Source: Azolla caroliniana (taxonomy: Eukaryota; Plantae; Polypodiophyta). From it: 64,000 nucleotides of DNA. The notes below the pieces were generated by a model. It was not told the origin of the DNA. It did not search any database and saw only the letters and a program-made list of their open reading frames with translations. The number at the start of each line of letters is the position of its first letter. Position 1 is the stretch's first letter. The stretch is taken from positions 186,001 to 250,000 of the forward strand of contig JBHGNT010000018.1 of NCBI GenBank assembly GCA_043228905.1, written 5' to 3'. The translations under genes and the position numbers were made by a program. This document shows positions 14,201 through 28,643 of this stretch, in pieces.

Positions 14201-16285
14201 CTCCTCGAAACAAATAAAATGCCTGAAACACCATGACCAAGTTCAACCAAATCTCCTTCAAAAATCAACAATTGTCAGTGCCAAACCAATAAATGTACCA
14301 TGTTATTCAGAGCAACATCTGAAAGGAGAAGAATTAAGTTGACTGCATGCATGCTCATCTCTATCTGCAAATGGAGGAGAGAATATATAATTCATCTAAA
14401 TTTATTTGAATAACAAGTGATGAAGGTATTATATGAAAAGAAAGCTTTCTTATAAAGCCAATCCTTTCCTTCACGCATACCCATGCACTAGTATATGAAA
14501 GTATACCACTAGTTCATACAAAACTAGATAGATGCTGAGATCCATTACATGCAGCTTCCCAATAGAGCCAAAGGAAGGGCAGGGTATTTATAGCATGAAT
14601 GTTTTGAATATATGATTAATATTTAAAAGGTGGAGATTGGTGTTCAACCCCACATAGCTTTAAAATATCAATGGAGCACATAATCTATCTAGCTTCTCAT
14701 AATATATGTTATTGGAAGAGCATAGGTCAATAAATGATTAACATTATCCTTACACAAAACAGCTTTCTTCTGTACAATCTGATAAATAACACTGTACAAA
14801 ATTAATGCATGAGATTGTACTCACCATATCAATAAATGAGTAGACTGGGAAAATGCAACTCCAATAGATTATGTCTGTGACTAGGGCAGCTCCAAGGGCA
14901 GTCTGAATCACAATAACTCTCATAATCTTATTTTCTGAGCTAACTGCTGTAATCGAAAAAAGTGGACGAATTACATACATAATTGCTTAAACAAAACATA
15001 TAATTACTCCTTCGGGGATTTGACCAAGAGCATTTAGGGAGAATAACAAAACTTAGGGGTGATTGGGAAAATAAAGAAAACCTCTGGAGTATTCTAGGGC
15101 TTTCCCAGATGACAAAAATATAAGAACGAGAAATGGCTTGGCCAATTACAGACAAACTGTTATAGTCTTACTTGATATAGAATATGAGTTGCATATCCAT
15201 CTCCACATGCTTCATCTAAAGAATTGAAGTATGTTTCTGTAATGGGATGTGATCCATTTATACTTGTTGCAAATTCTTCATCAGTCAGATGTTGATCAGT
15301 GAGCAGACCATTTGATAACACGTTCTTCTCTTCTATGTTTCTATGATGCCATATTTCTTTTATAGATGTAACAATCGCCACCTGATTCAACAGCAATTAC
15401 CAATAATTACAATCAACAAGCAATATGAAAAGCATGAATGTAAACAAGCTGGAAATACAGCAAATTTTAGGCATATTTCGTAACACAAAGGTGAAGACAC
15501 CATTATGCACAATTAAAAAGACGTTGAACACTAACTTTGTCCACAGAGAGGGTACATAAAGATATCCACAAAAATGTAGCGATCTTAAAACCGAGAAGAA
15601 AGCAAACACTAATAGAAGGATGAAGCCAGGCCGAAGTAAGATTTCATATGAAACTTTGTGCTCAATCATTACGTTTAAGCATGAACCCTCCATGTCAATT
15701 GGTTCTGTTTTTAATGTAGAACTGATATTTTATTTTGTTGTTTTCCGCTACCTTGAGCATTCCTTTGAGTTCCATTTCCCCAAACTCTGAGCTTTTTGGC
15801 TTTATTTCAACGCTAGAAAATGCCCATTCAGGCCAAAAAAGGTATTTGCTTTTTCATATTTAAAGTACTGATAAGGAAAGGATGTATATAATCACCACTT
15901 ACCGCAAAATACAGAATAAGTATAGTAAAGCTCCACCTTCAACAACAAAAGATAGACGCATACATCAGAACAGAGAAAGATCATGAACTGGGGGAGGGAA
16001 GAGAGAGAGAGAGAGAGAGAGAGAGACTCACTGTGTATAAAACTCAAAGATGAAGGGTCCAAAGAGAACAAAATCGTAGATCAGAACCGAGGAACAATAG
16101 AGAAATGCAATGAGTCGAAGAGAGAGAAGCCATCCAAAGTGGACACGAGGATGCCATGGTTTCCAGACGCTGCATCTTGAGACATAACCATAGCGAGCTC
16201 TCTCATAAGTAAAAGCGATGGCGATGGCGACCAGTAAAGCGGCCACGACGATCACGACGCACAGCGCGAAGGGAGAGTAGGCCAT
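11265..16285 (-). CDS. Multi-pass membrane protein of the rolling-stone-like (At1g10660/At5g62960-type) family, ~298 aa
   Basis: Eight GT-AG exons: 16285-16032, 15936-15903, 15381-15172, 14902-14825, 14364-14299, 14222-14131, 11528-11481, 11379-11265 (299 codons). Family motifs FYTQWSF, GAALVTDIIYW, MHAVN, WPYSFLD...APLWY. Confidence 0.85.
12442..12817. repeat. Intronic tandem duplication, 2 x ~188 bp
   Basis: CCTTTGTACAACATGC...TATAGATTC occurs at ~12442 and ~12630 with few substitutions. An older, more diverged duplication follows at ~12900-13630. Confidence 0.85.
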
Positions 16286-16899
16286 GGGAAGGAAAGACAA
16301 AGAGATTTGCTTCAATGCGAAGCGAAGCGTTTGCGCGGCATGGCTAGACCGTAGGAAGCGAAGGATCCGATCCTCTGTGTGTGTGTGTGTGTGTCTCTCT
16401 CTCTCAGACGCTTTTTACTGCAGAGAGGGTTTGCAAAGCACAGATTTAGTCGAGAATTTTCAAAACTCTAAAGATTTGGCAAAACCTTTGAGAAATAATG
16501 GCCTTCTCATATTCTCAAATTACAGATATAGGCCTCCCTTCACCACCTCCCTCCCATCCTTTTTTGTAACTGACTGTAAGGTTATATACTACTTTTACAC
16601 ATACATGAAAAGTAAAAACCCACCAGCAAACACGCACACATATGGCAAAAGCAAGTCCCATGGCTGGACGTGATTTCCCCCAACTACATATATCTCATAA
16701 AGTGGGGTGCTAAGGGAACGTATCCACACAAAGAGTTGTGTCTCTTCTAGGGAGGCTTTCCTTGGAAGTCTTTTTTGTAGTCGTAGTTTAGATAGAGAAC
16801 ATATGACACACATTCCAGACTCCTCTCAAGCATGTGCTTTGTGTGACCACCTCACATTCCACTAACCACTAAACCTATAATTGACATGAGCTTACATTC

Positions 16900-17050
16900 G
16901 GGCAATTCCAATAGTCCCCACAAAGTTTGGGAATTCATCACAAACACGATTGTGGTCTACATCCTACAACAAAAATGGAAAAGCCAAATGAAAAAACTTT
17001 GCCGTAATGAATGTTGCTTGCTCCAACACCATGTTATAACTAATGTTCTT
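16900..17050 (+). mobile_element. Highly decayed Copia-type integrase fragment
   Basis: Frameshifted remnants resembling GI.H..T..Y.PQQNG.AERKN in ...GGAATTCATCAC...CAACAAAAATGGAAAAGCCAAATGAAAAAAC. Confidence 0.35.
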
Positions 17051-18086
17051 TGAATAACTAAAATCCATAATCCACTCAATATGATAATATTGGTTTAAAT
17101 ATAGTTGTTGCTACATTCTTGAGTTATTCCACGTCACATGATTTACTTTCCATTGTGGTGGGTGATACATAGTACATACACTTTTGTTAACTTCCACCAC
17201 ATTTCTACATGATTTAAAGGAGAATGTTTGTAATCCTTTTCCATGAAACTACCAACTTTCATTCTCTCTTGAAAATCCCAAATCCAATGTTGTTTTTATT
17301 ATACTCATGCACCATTCAAATTCCAAGTAGTGGTGTATATTATCTCAAAATTATTGATTTCCTCTTGACCATCAACCTGTTCAACAAAATACTTTTGAAG
17401 TCTATGTGTGCTAACGCAATAAGATACCGTTTACACCAAAAAGAATGAAAGCAATTATCACATAATACTTCATAGGTGTAAGTAAATTATCAAATAAGTA
17501 TATTTTTGCAAAAGAAGGTGATACGAGAAAACCTATATAATAATACAAACATCTCTCCTTTATCTTTCATCCTCTCTTTTTTGTAAAAGCATACAATTAT
17601 ATTAATTATATGTGCTACAACTTTTTCATCTTCTCTACCTACCTAGGTAGAGAGAGGGACATATTTTAAAGCCATTAGAAATCTTGAATATGCACTCAAT
17701 GACATGATCCCCACATGCTCTAACATCCAAAAATTCCACATGCGAACAATACCTTTCAACTTCTTCACATAGGTTTTCACACCATGTCTACCATTGAACA
17801 TGAAAGCATTACGCATATTCCAATTGTGTTGCCACTAGTAAAAGGACCACTAGTAGACACTATTTGGTATAACAAATTTTTACGCGGATTCCTCGGAGTT
17901 TAGCTAAAGCTCATCAAAGTAATAGAATCCAAAAAAAAAAATAAACCTTCATAGATCAAAATTTCAAGGGGATTCCTCTGCATTGAATGGAAATTCCTTG
18001 AAGTATAGAGCCAGCACAATATTTTATTTGATAATAAAATCACGGATCTATTACTTCAACAAGCTATTATCCAATAGCTTTGATTT

Positions 18087-21000
18087 TTAAAAGGATGATT
18101 GCTCTTTTATTACTCTGACTGCTTTTGCGAGCATTTCCAGTGAAGGCGGTATGGGCTGCAAACACTGCTGTAATACTCCAATAAGCTGTGGTGCCAATGG
18201 TGCCATTGCTCCGCTACAAAAACTATGCAATGTGCCATTGGCTGTGTTACGAGCCATCCTTGTTAAAGTCCTACAGTACTTATCAATACTTGATGGGAAC
18301 TCATAGTTGAAAATTGTCCCCACGTTGGCAATATCAATTTGGCCCACAACTTCTGTCATTGATAAAAGCACCTCTATTTGTCCATCCCTGTTGAGGTATA
18401 TGACAACACTCGGATATGTCATTGGCATGATAGCAGATACAAATTAATTTCAAAATCAGAATCGACCAAGAAAGTAGTCATAGTATTATAATTTCCTTCG
18501 ATTCACAAACACAACAATAATACCTACAAACTACAAGCATATTCCCTTGTTACTTAGATTAACATATAGTAACTACATAAACAATGTTGGTTGCACAAAC
18601 AATGCAAGTTTCAACTTTACCTAAACTTCTCTAGGATAAGTTGGATTGAGTTATCTTTATTGGCATCCTGACCAGCAAAATATTCCACTAAATACCCTGC
18701 TTCTTCCAAGGAACTTTTAACCTGCATAAGTGTCTTAGACTGTTGGAAAAGCACTAGCTTCCCTCCGAAGGTAGCATCAGTTGGTTTGCTCTCATGATGT
18801 GTTTTCAATAACTTAAGGAACTGCAATCAAAAGAATCAATTTACAAACAGGATATAGTATATCCAATCAAATAACTGGAAATGCAGAAAACAATGGACAA
18901 AGTTGTCTACAGCAATATATGAAATACCTACCTTCTGCAATTTCTTTTCTTCTGATACCACTACATGTATATTTTGATTTATGCATGCGCTGTGTTCCAA
19001 CAAATTTTCATCTGATGCCACTCTGAATATGTGACCCACCAGTAATTTTCGACATGTAACAAACGACTTGTGTGAAATAGCCCTACTCAATAGAGCAGTT
19101 TGTGTATTTTTACCTAATTTTGATTTTATTCTTTCTAGTTGATCTCCAAAGCCACAAGAAACCAATTCTTCCAAGTCGTTTATTATCTGCAATACAATTT
19201 GGACATGTAAGGTACTACTCCATGCGAGGTTTCCAGAAATTATTTATGTGAAAGAAGGACAATCTTGAATCCCTTCACAGAAAGCTAGTATACACCAAAC
19301 ACATACCAAAGAAGAGCATATTGAAATATAGCATACCATGAAAGAAACATTTGAGATAGAAATAATGCCGGCAGAAAGTAGATCGCAAAGTCTTTCAGGT
19401 GTTGCAATCAAGATCTCAGGTGATACGTGGGATAACCTAGAACACAAAGAAAGTGTTCAGAAGTCACCAGCAAGTTGTGAACAAAATAATTTCCAGGATC
19501 AGAATTTATCAGCATTGCAATTTTTGGCCTATCATACTTTGTAGCTGTTTGCTCGCTGTAATTACAACCATTAACGATTAACATGCTCTTAAAGGATGCA
19601 GTACCCTTCAATTTGATGCTGAAGAGGAGTTCCAGTGTGTAAACTCACGGCATGAAAACCTACATGTGGCTTGATCAACTTACAAATGTTCCTTGCCTAA
19701 AAAGAAGAAAAACAACAGAATCTTAAAATAGAATTATAACCTAATTTATGAGTGAATAAATATGTATTTCCCAAACAAATATACTACTACTAATAGTATT
19801 AGCCGCAACATTAATCAATGTAAAAAACTCACTTCTGAAGCATATTCTTTGCTCTGCACAATAAACAGCACAATTGGATTTATGCATCCTGTCTCAGAAA
19901 TTCGTTTTGCAGAAATATGTGATACAGCAGCTAATACACTACATGCAGCAGTATATTTGCTAGAGGTTTTTCCAGTTGCAAGCACATCATAGCCAGATCC
20001 ACATGCCTCCCAAAACAGCTTATCCCACTCCATCACAACAGATGTCATGTTTGTATTCATGCTCAGTTCAATCATATCATAATCCTCATCTCCTGAAGAC
20101 CCTAGCACGTTTGCATTGACAAGAGCACATAGCACTGTTTCAAAAGTTTCCATTCCAGATGGAGCCCATAAACCATCCTTCTTCACGCACTTTTCAAGAG
20201 CTGGTCTCCATTTCACTAGCTTTCTCTTTGCACTGAGTCCATTATTACGGTCTCTTTTAAATGATGAGTTCTTGGATCCAGAAACATGAGGCAGTTTGAC
20301 CGCCGATGCCTTAAGGTCCTTTATTTCTATTCTGTTGATTTTTAAGTCTGGATTTTCTTTACCATTCAAAAGAGTTTTTACATCATCCTTTCCATATTCT
20401 GCCTTCTTCTTTACTTTTGTATTTCCTAGCTTCTCTTTGTACAGATCATTGAAAGGATCATCAAGAGTAGGAAGTGTATAACACATTCCCTGTAAAACAA
20501 TCACAAACTGTTATATTCTCTACATTTTCTGCAGGGCAATATCTAGATGCACTTCAGAGTAAGACAAGAAAATTTTATTTTATAGAAAATAATTTGATTT
20601 CCATTTATAATTTGCAGTACATAATATCTAGCAGCACACAGAATGAAAATTTCTAACACCAAACAGCCAAAACGAGAATGAATATAGTGAAAATTCATAC
20701 AAATATTAACTTGCCAAAAGCCAACCTATAAAAATTATACCCTAAAGAACATATTCTTTCAAGGAACACAGCAAGAATAACGTACATAGTACATACACAA
20801 TAACAGCATAATGAGAAAAAATCCTTCAACTTATACAATAACAGCATAATGAACAAACACCCTTCAAGATTTAGTATTCTGTAGATTTTGGCAAGATTTT
20901 CATCTTGTAGAAAGCATTAAACTCCTAGATATCATTGTCCCTGCCTAGCGATTACGTCAAGATTCATATACAAGAAGGGGTGCTTCTTTTAGAATGCTTT

Positions 21001-22457
21001 AGATTCCTCGATATTGTTGTTCATGCCCAAACATTACATCCAGATTCATATGCAAAAATAACCACAGGGATTGCTTCTTGCAGAGGGAATCAGATTCTTT
21101 GTTACATCCAGATTCATATACAAGAATCACAAGGATTGTTTCTTGTAGAATGCATTAGACTCCTGGCAAGCGTTCATGCCGAAAGATATGTTCGGATTAC
21201 ATTGGCAATGATTACAGTCAAAAAATTAAAGACATTAAAAGAATCTGAGAAACTACTTGGGGTAATTTGGATATTACTGCAATCTGTCTACCAAGATATC
21301 CACTATTATGGAAAGAAGTTCCAATGCAGTTTTTATTGTCCACCATAACTTAAATAGAGTTGGTACTAAAATCATTAAGTTCATTTGCTATGGAACTTTA
21401 CATGCAGAACCACCTTCTTATAGCAAGTTACCACTTACAGAGTGTAATCCCAGTTGGTTGCACAGTTGCAGCTATTCTACCACCAGCTATCTTTTCGAAT
21501 TGATCAATCTTTTCGTCTTTACAGACAATCAAACCATATCTACCATGGTCAATTGCCAGTCCACGGTTAAGGGTACAAACCTTCACCTTGTTTTTGTCAT
21601 AAACACTATTATAACAAATTTATTCCTAAATTATGTGACATCATTTTATTGAATTAATGATTTTGACAAAGCCAACTCTGATACTTTTTTTATCAGACAT
21701 CATCTTGGTGTTTGATTGAAAGGATCTCATTTGTTTAGAGATCTTTTGCTAAATAATAATATCACTTTCTTTAATAACTGCAATTCAGGGTTCAAATTGA
21801 CACTTATATCTAGTTGGCATTGTCCTGATCAACCACAAAACCCAGAAACTCCTGCTTACTCATACCTGATATTGCATCCAAGTTACAATCTTAGGAATAT
21901 TCAGTGGTATGGGATGCTAATGGCGTTTAAGATCCATCTCAATTCCTTCGCTCGGATGTGGCTGGATGGAAAATTGCCCTTAATCTATTTCTTTCCTCTA
22001 AATATATGACTATTTGTGATTAATCATCAGTTGTGTCCTTAACACGTGTACTCTAAACTTACACACAAAAGTAGATAGAATATCACCCAAAAATGGTGAA
22101 GACTAAACGTCCGAATTTCAGTGGCAATTGACTGAATGTAGTGAACCACAATTGAAACAAATCCAACATAGAAGATGGATCTCAGCCTCTCAAATGAGGC
22201 ATTCATTGTCGCGGTTTTGTTTCCTAGAGAGAGAGAGAGATTGAGAACATGAAAAAGCTAAGCAGGACATTTCGAGAAGGCATGATTTCGGAGAGGGAGA
22301 TGGATAATATTGAGCATACCTCACAAGCTCGGCGACGGCCGACTTTGCGTCTGTATCTTGCTGCTTGGACGCCAGTGGAGAAGTCGACAGTGTTTCTGAG
22401 GCGCTTGCGAGCTGCCTTCGTCCGCTTCTTCGCCAAATACTCCTCGGTTCTTCCCAT
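18087..22457 (-). CDS. Degenerate DEAD-box RNA helicase-like protein (At2g28600-like), ~580 aa
   Basis: Seven GT-AG exons: 22457-22320, 20489-19833, 19696-19605, 19436-19337, 19186-18932, 18820-18621, 18387-18087 (581 codons). Basic N-terminus with RRRACEGMCYTLPTLDDPFND, motif Ib ATPERL, and C-terminal IDIANVGTIFNYEFPSSIDKY. Confidence 0.85.
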
Positions 22458-22540
22458 TCCGCGCAGAGATTGAGAGAGAAGAGAGAGTAGTCTGCGCTCT
22501 TCTCTCTGTTTTGTTGTCTCCCGCGATGTCCGTCCGTCTA

Positions 22541-22571
<31 letters not shown>

Positions 22572-23820
22572 CAGTGTTTTATCGTTGGGTGGGGTGGGGT
22601 GGGGGGGTCTCTAAGAAGAAAACCTTGCAGCCTCCTTCTTCATCAATCAATGAGAAGCCCTAATAAATCCCATGGGCCTCCACCAAAAGAACATATTACT
22701 AACCAACCACCACACTCTCGTCTCTACTCCCCATCCCTCGTCTAGACATATAGAAGGAAAGGACATTGCATTTTGGTAAAAATCTCATTCGTTTTGCCTA
22801 CCCACCCCTTGCTGATGTGCAATACTAGAATGCTTTGAGATGCTTTAATTCCGTCATTTTTGCCACTAGGAACACGATACAGACAATTGACCTGGGCAAG
22901 CATGATGAGATATGATTGTAGAACATGTTTCAATCAAGTTGTTCTTGATAATGGCCAAGACAAGTTTGAATAGGGGGGACCTCATATTGAATAGATAGAT
23001 AGTGCACCAAATTGTATGTGCACAATCAATCACTTACTTGCCATGGATAATCTGTTAATTCAAGGAACCATGGCTTAGATATAGCTCTCAATCTATATGT
23101 GTTCTCCCAATTCACCTATTTTTTATTCATACATATCTAGCAAATAACAATGTTGTAAATTTTTTAGACTATAAATCCACAATGCTCTTATACAATCCTA
23201 CAATGTATTCCGATAGTTTTTAAAAATTGACTGTGTGGAGGTAAAGTTTTAAGGATTCTGTGGTAGATGAAGTTGATGCCATGTGGAATGCATTGGTTGT
23301 ACAATGTGTTTATTGTAGACCACAATCAATATGAAATTCAATCTATGTTTAAGTATTTGTCAATCACTTGATGTGGGTGATGTATTTATGTGTTGATTGT
23401 TGGTTTCACAACTAATTTGTAGAAAGCCTTTTCTCTTGTTGACCTTTGAAATATCAAATTGGACCAATGTATATTTATCCTTCAATGTTATTTAGTGTTA
23501 GCCATAAATAGATACTTGGTTTACTTTTATTTAAGAATTTGTCAGACACGAGCACGTGGTGGATATATGTACATACATTTGTAAAGATTCAAAATATGAA
23601 GAAGTTTTCACTTTGTGGCACCATTATTTGCCCGTCAAAAGCTCATGAGTAAACAGCTATGATGCCCCTAATATCAGCACCAATTAAGTATCGTTGAGAC
23701 AATAAACTCTTCCATATTGCCCTTATGTTGCATTTTCTCACAAAAAAAAAGGCTTCTTCAGACATACATATATGTATAATGCAATGGAGGATTGAGATAT
23801 TAATGGCAAATAGTAATGGA

Positions 23821-24326
23821 GAATCATCAGAAATATATATGCCCTTACTCTAATGACATACGTAATTAGGTCATTTGCCATTTATGTGGACCATTCTTCA
23901 TAACCATGAAAACCACATATTCTGCTTGCCCTCTAGATATGAACCAACAGTGAGCAGCCATATAAAGATGAAGTGGAACCTCTAACCTAAATAGAAGATA
24001 AACATTAGAAGGTTAATCCTTGAAATATTATTTTGGATCCTTGGGAGTACATACATGAGCTAAACGAATCATCAGAAATATATATGCCCTTAATCTAATG
24101 ACATTAGGTCATTTGCCATTTATGTGGACCATTCTTCATAACCATGAAAACCCACATATTCTGCTTGCCCTCTAGATATGAACCAACAGTGGGCAGCCAT
24201 ATAAAGAAGTGGAACCTCTAACCTAAATAGAAGATAAACATTAGAAGGTTAATATTGACAAAAGCTCTCAACCTTGAAATATTATTTTGGATCCTTGGGA
24301 GTACATACATGAGCTAAACGAATCAT
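23821..24326. repeat. Tandem duplication, 2 x ~245-255 bp, downstream of the Obg gene
   Basis: GAATCATCAGAAATATATATGCCC...GAGCTAAAC starts at 23821 and 24066, near-identical with small indels. Confidence 0.85.
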
Positions 24327-24445
24327 AGTCAGGGCAGGGACAAGTTTAGTTGTTTTCCCCAGCTTTGTATTGGGATGATGAAACACCTTTTTTTACATAA
24401 ACTTTTGAATGCTTCATTAGGCCATTTTCCACATCCCAATAAGAA

Positions 24446-27400
24446 TTAATGAAGTATGGAACTCTCTGATGTTACAAGCTCTCTTAAAGCTAGCCGCAGA
24501 TCATTAATCCCTTGTTCTAATGGAGCACAAACAGGTACAATAAGCACAGAAGGCAGCCGACTCCTCAGCTCTTGAAGACCCTCTGAGGCCCCTTTTTCAT
24601 CAATTTTAGTACCAACTATTATAGTGGGCTTATGAGAGAGTCCTGGTTGATACATTTCAAGCTCAAATTTTAGGTCTTCAAACTGAATCCATGGCGGAGA
24701 ACCAGCATTATTACCACTACCACCCGACAAGTCTATAACAAAAGCAAGCACTTTTGTCCTCTCAACATGCCTTAGAAAGTCGTGACCAAGACCAACGTTC
24801 TTGTGTGCACCCTTGATAAGCCCCGGGATATCAGCAACAGTAATGGAAAAATAGTCTTCAAATTCGAGTTTTCCTAAGTTAGGTCTCAAAGTTGTAAAAG
24901 CATAATGCCCAACCTTGGGTTTGGCTCGAGATATAGCACCTAAAAGAGTACTTTTTCCAGCATTTGGTGCACCGACAAATCCTACATCAGCTATAGTTTT
25001 GAGTTCAAGTGCCAGATACGCATGTGTTCCCAGATGTCCTTCTTCATGTTCTCGGCTGGGTAGTTTCTTTTTTGATCCAACTCCTCTGGCCATGGATGCA
25101 TTACCACGACCACCTTCTCCACCCAATGCAACTGTAAGGGTTTCTCCTGCTTTCACAAGTTCTGCCACAAACTTTGGCTTCATTTTAACTTGAGTGGAGT
25201 CTTCTTCCTCGTCGTCATCATTGTCACTTTCACTATCTTCAATAACTTCACCATTAGAGAGTTCACTAGCATCATCATCTACTTCTAAGCTTGATAACCC
25301 ACTACTATCATCAGCTTCATGCATTTTGCTATGCTTTTGGGGCTCTTCTATCATGTGCTCCTTCCTTTCTTCCAAATTGTTATTGTGATTTTCTAGACAT
25401 TTACTGAATGATCTGTTAGCCAACCCATTGCTATCATCTGCATCATGCATATGGCTATACCTTTGAGGCTCTTCAAGCACTGTCTCCCCGTTTTCTTCCT
25501 GGGTGCTATGATTATTTTGTGGAATTGCATTGAATGATTTGTCATTTTCGATCATTAATGGAATCTCACCATCTATCAAGTGAATGACTGTTCCCATGGG
25601 CACCCGGATAATCTAAAAAACCAAGTAATCACAACAAGTAAACACATTACATATCCACAACTACCACAAAAAACCAACCACGACATAATAATCACTAGTG
25701 CCATGTGTAATTATTCTCTATGACAAGCTTACCTCAAGATGTATGAATGGTTTCAAATAGTTCATGCATACTGTCAGCTATGGATGCATGTCATTTCAAC
25801 TTATGTTGTCTATGTCCAAGCATGGATGTTAATGCATACATTGGATCCATTAACAATTAGAAGAAAGCCGTGAAGATGATAGCCACTAAGAGGATAAATG
25901 TTATTCAGAAGATGGCCATGAATTCAAAGCCATTAAGTGATAGACATTTGCGTGGTTATTATGTGATAGAGACTAAAATTTAAGATTATTATTGCTGTTT
26001 TGGATCCTTGAGGTTTTGAACAGATATACTTTCCACTGGTAAAATGAACATGGTTAGAAAGTTGAATGTACCTTGTCCTCACCTCGACTTCCGATTCGTT
26101 TTTTTGAAGAACCTGCCCCTCCATTCTTTGCATTCTGCAATATCAAATGGCCCATTAACTTTCTTTCCCAGCATAATTTATGTTAAATGATAAATATTTC
26201 CAAATGCACACTCATGGCATCATCAAGCATGAAAAAAACCATGCTAATAATACAGCCTTTGTGATGGAAAATACATGAAGAATGGATTCTAAATGTGTCA
26301 TACAGAAAAACATGCTTTCCCAATGTCCTAACTTGTAGTAGGAAATTCCATCATGCATAAGTTAAATCATATAATATTTTGCCACAATAACTCAGAATTA
26401 TTGAACACTAGAATGACCCATGCATCAAAGCATGCCATACCAAATGTGGATGAACTCATGAGACTAGTTTCAAGAGTCCCTGACTGGTTCAATGAACTCA
26501 TTTTCACCATTCCACCTAACTCTCACATGCAACTCTTGCCAACATCTACTTTGAGACGTCAAAATTCACGTTTTCATTCAGCCAATCTTTATACTTTTGC
26601 TAAGTCCCAAAAGATATAAGTAGAATATATTTGGTGAATGTTTCTAGTCATTATATGAATATGGTGACCTAATCCTCATTTTATCGTAATCATTTTTTGT
26701 GATTTTTTACCTCACTTTGAGTTTTCCTGCCAGTAATATAATATGAGTGCGTGTGCCAAAAGTCCAAACACTCAAAGGCCCACAAACAAATGCCCAAATA
26801 CTCCAAAGGCTCTTTAATATAAAATTTTAGGCCTAGATGTGCCCAAAAAAAGTGGCATCCATTCTATTTTCTTTCACAAATAAAAAGTCTATCCAAAAAT
26901 ATTACAGCTATTTTACAATAATTCTATAATTATTATACTCTTTAAGAATTGGAGGTTCTCTAGAATAGGGCACGGAAGTTTGAACATACAAAATGGTGTT
27001 GGAGGTGACTGTAGTCCCAAATCTCATCTGTGCATAAAAACACAACATCACCACCTCTACCTCCACGTCCACCTGAGAAGCATACAAGCAACAATGGTCA
27101 TGTAAAGAGGCAAGTTAAAAAATAAAAACTAAACAAGTTTTGATAAGATCATACCGTCAGCTTCCCCGAATCGATCATGCCTGCTCTTTCTAAAGCTTGT
27201 GCAGCCATCCCCTCCATTACCACCCTTTACATGGATTTGTTTTCTATCAATCATCTTTCGTTCCTATTACACCAGTGAATTATGATGAATATGATTTAGC
27301 TCAATAAAATATTTAAATATTAAGAGCACAATTTATGTATTGAAGGTGCATTTACGGCATATGGATAGTTTAAAATAGGCACAAATTATAGTTATTACTA

Positions 27401-27992
27401 GAGTATCAAGGCACTCAGAGTGATATCAACAGAATGAGTAATTGATATTCTCTTCTTGGGCCACCAAATGCACAAAACACTGTTATTTGATCTAATTTGC
27501 AGAAGTTGTGATCACGACATCGTCAAAAAACATCTATGACAACCACCTGTCTGCAAGTGTATAAAACATGTGCATGTACAAGCTACAGTCCAAGGTGTGC
27601 ACACTTCAACAAATGCCGTTTCATGAGAATGCTTATACAAGCTGTGAATCAAGATATCAATAGCTCAAAAGCTATTGAACCATGAGAATGGAAATAGTTG
27701 CGACCACCTCCACAATTCTTTCTAAAACACACACAACTTATTTGCTTCGAGTTAGTGCACATATTCTACACACATGATTGGATGCTAAAATTCTTATTAC
27801 AGAAAAAAAGGGCTCATCAAAAAATTTGTTTCAAAATTTGGATATCCACTAAAAGTTTCTGGAAAGGATTGGAATGAAGCCACATACCTGCAAGGGAGCT
27901 GACTTATATTCCCTCTTGCATCCAAATCCTTTGCCTAACCAGCATATCTTTTCTGAGTGAAAACATTTTGCTAACCAAGTGCCTCTGAACAT
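24446..27992 (-). CDS. OBGM: Obg-family GTPase, mitochondrial type (OBGM-like), ~508 aa
   Basis: Exons 27992-27888, 27263-27155, 27072-26990, 26134-26072, 25612-24446 (509 codons). Gly-rich Obg domain (GGNGGDGC, GGRGGRGGDV), ADVGFVGAPNAGKSTLL, YAFTTLRP, DIPGLIKGA, FLRHVER, TKID, with an acidic insertion. The start codon is inferred and a 5' UTR exon probably lies at ~28350-28570. Confidence 0.88.
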
Positions 27993-28589
27993 CTCTGTAT
28001 AGAAACACGTAACAATAAAACACACAATAATCATCTTTTCTTGAATAAAACATCGTAATGGGCACATTGGCATATCAACAGAGAAAAGGATTAATGTTCA
28101 ATTTTTAAGAAAACTTAAGGGGCTACGAGAATGCACATAAAACATGGCATGGCTCCAGTTTGAGCTGTGAAAAACGAACAAAAAAATAAAGTGTTTTCCT
28201 TTTGACCAAGAATCACCAAACCTTTCAGTTACCGACCTCATGATCTAGTGGTAACTTGTGCGATGCTACAGATGGATTTCCTGTGTTATGATAAGAGAAA
28301 ATGCATTGTAAGACATAAAGAAAGATGTGTCAACAAAACAAAGATACCCGAGAGCAAGCAATATGTGGCTGACTAGAACCAACTCTGTTGAATCAAATCC
28401 TTCTGCTCCTTCTTGACGTAGAATCACACTACTGAGTATGCTTGCTTATGTAGCGTTTGCATGTTTTCGGCTCGTTTGCTTGCAATTTTTTGCTTGTCTC
28501 TTCCTCGCTGAAGCACCACAGTGAAACGCGGTGTCCTAATGATTTGGCAATCCAGGGGTATTCGTGTAAATATCCCAAACATGAGGGGG

Positions 28590-28640
<51 letters not shown>

Positions 28641-28643
<3 letters not shown>

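Noticed and set aside
15397-15693. 98-aa hydrophobic ORF as an extra exon of the membrane-protein gene
   Set aside because: The flanking exons already join in frame with family motifs contiguous. T-rich intron sequence mimics hydrophobic codons.
20935-22009. ORFs of 97-137 aa on the plus strand
   Set aside because: They lie antisense in intron 1 of the helicase-like gene, partly built from short local repeats, with no motifs.
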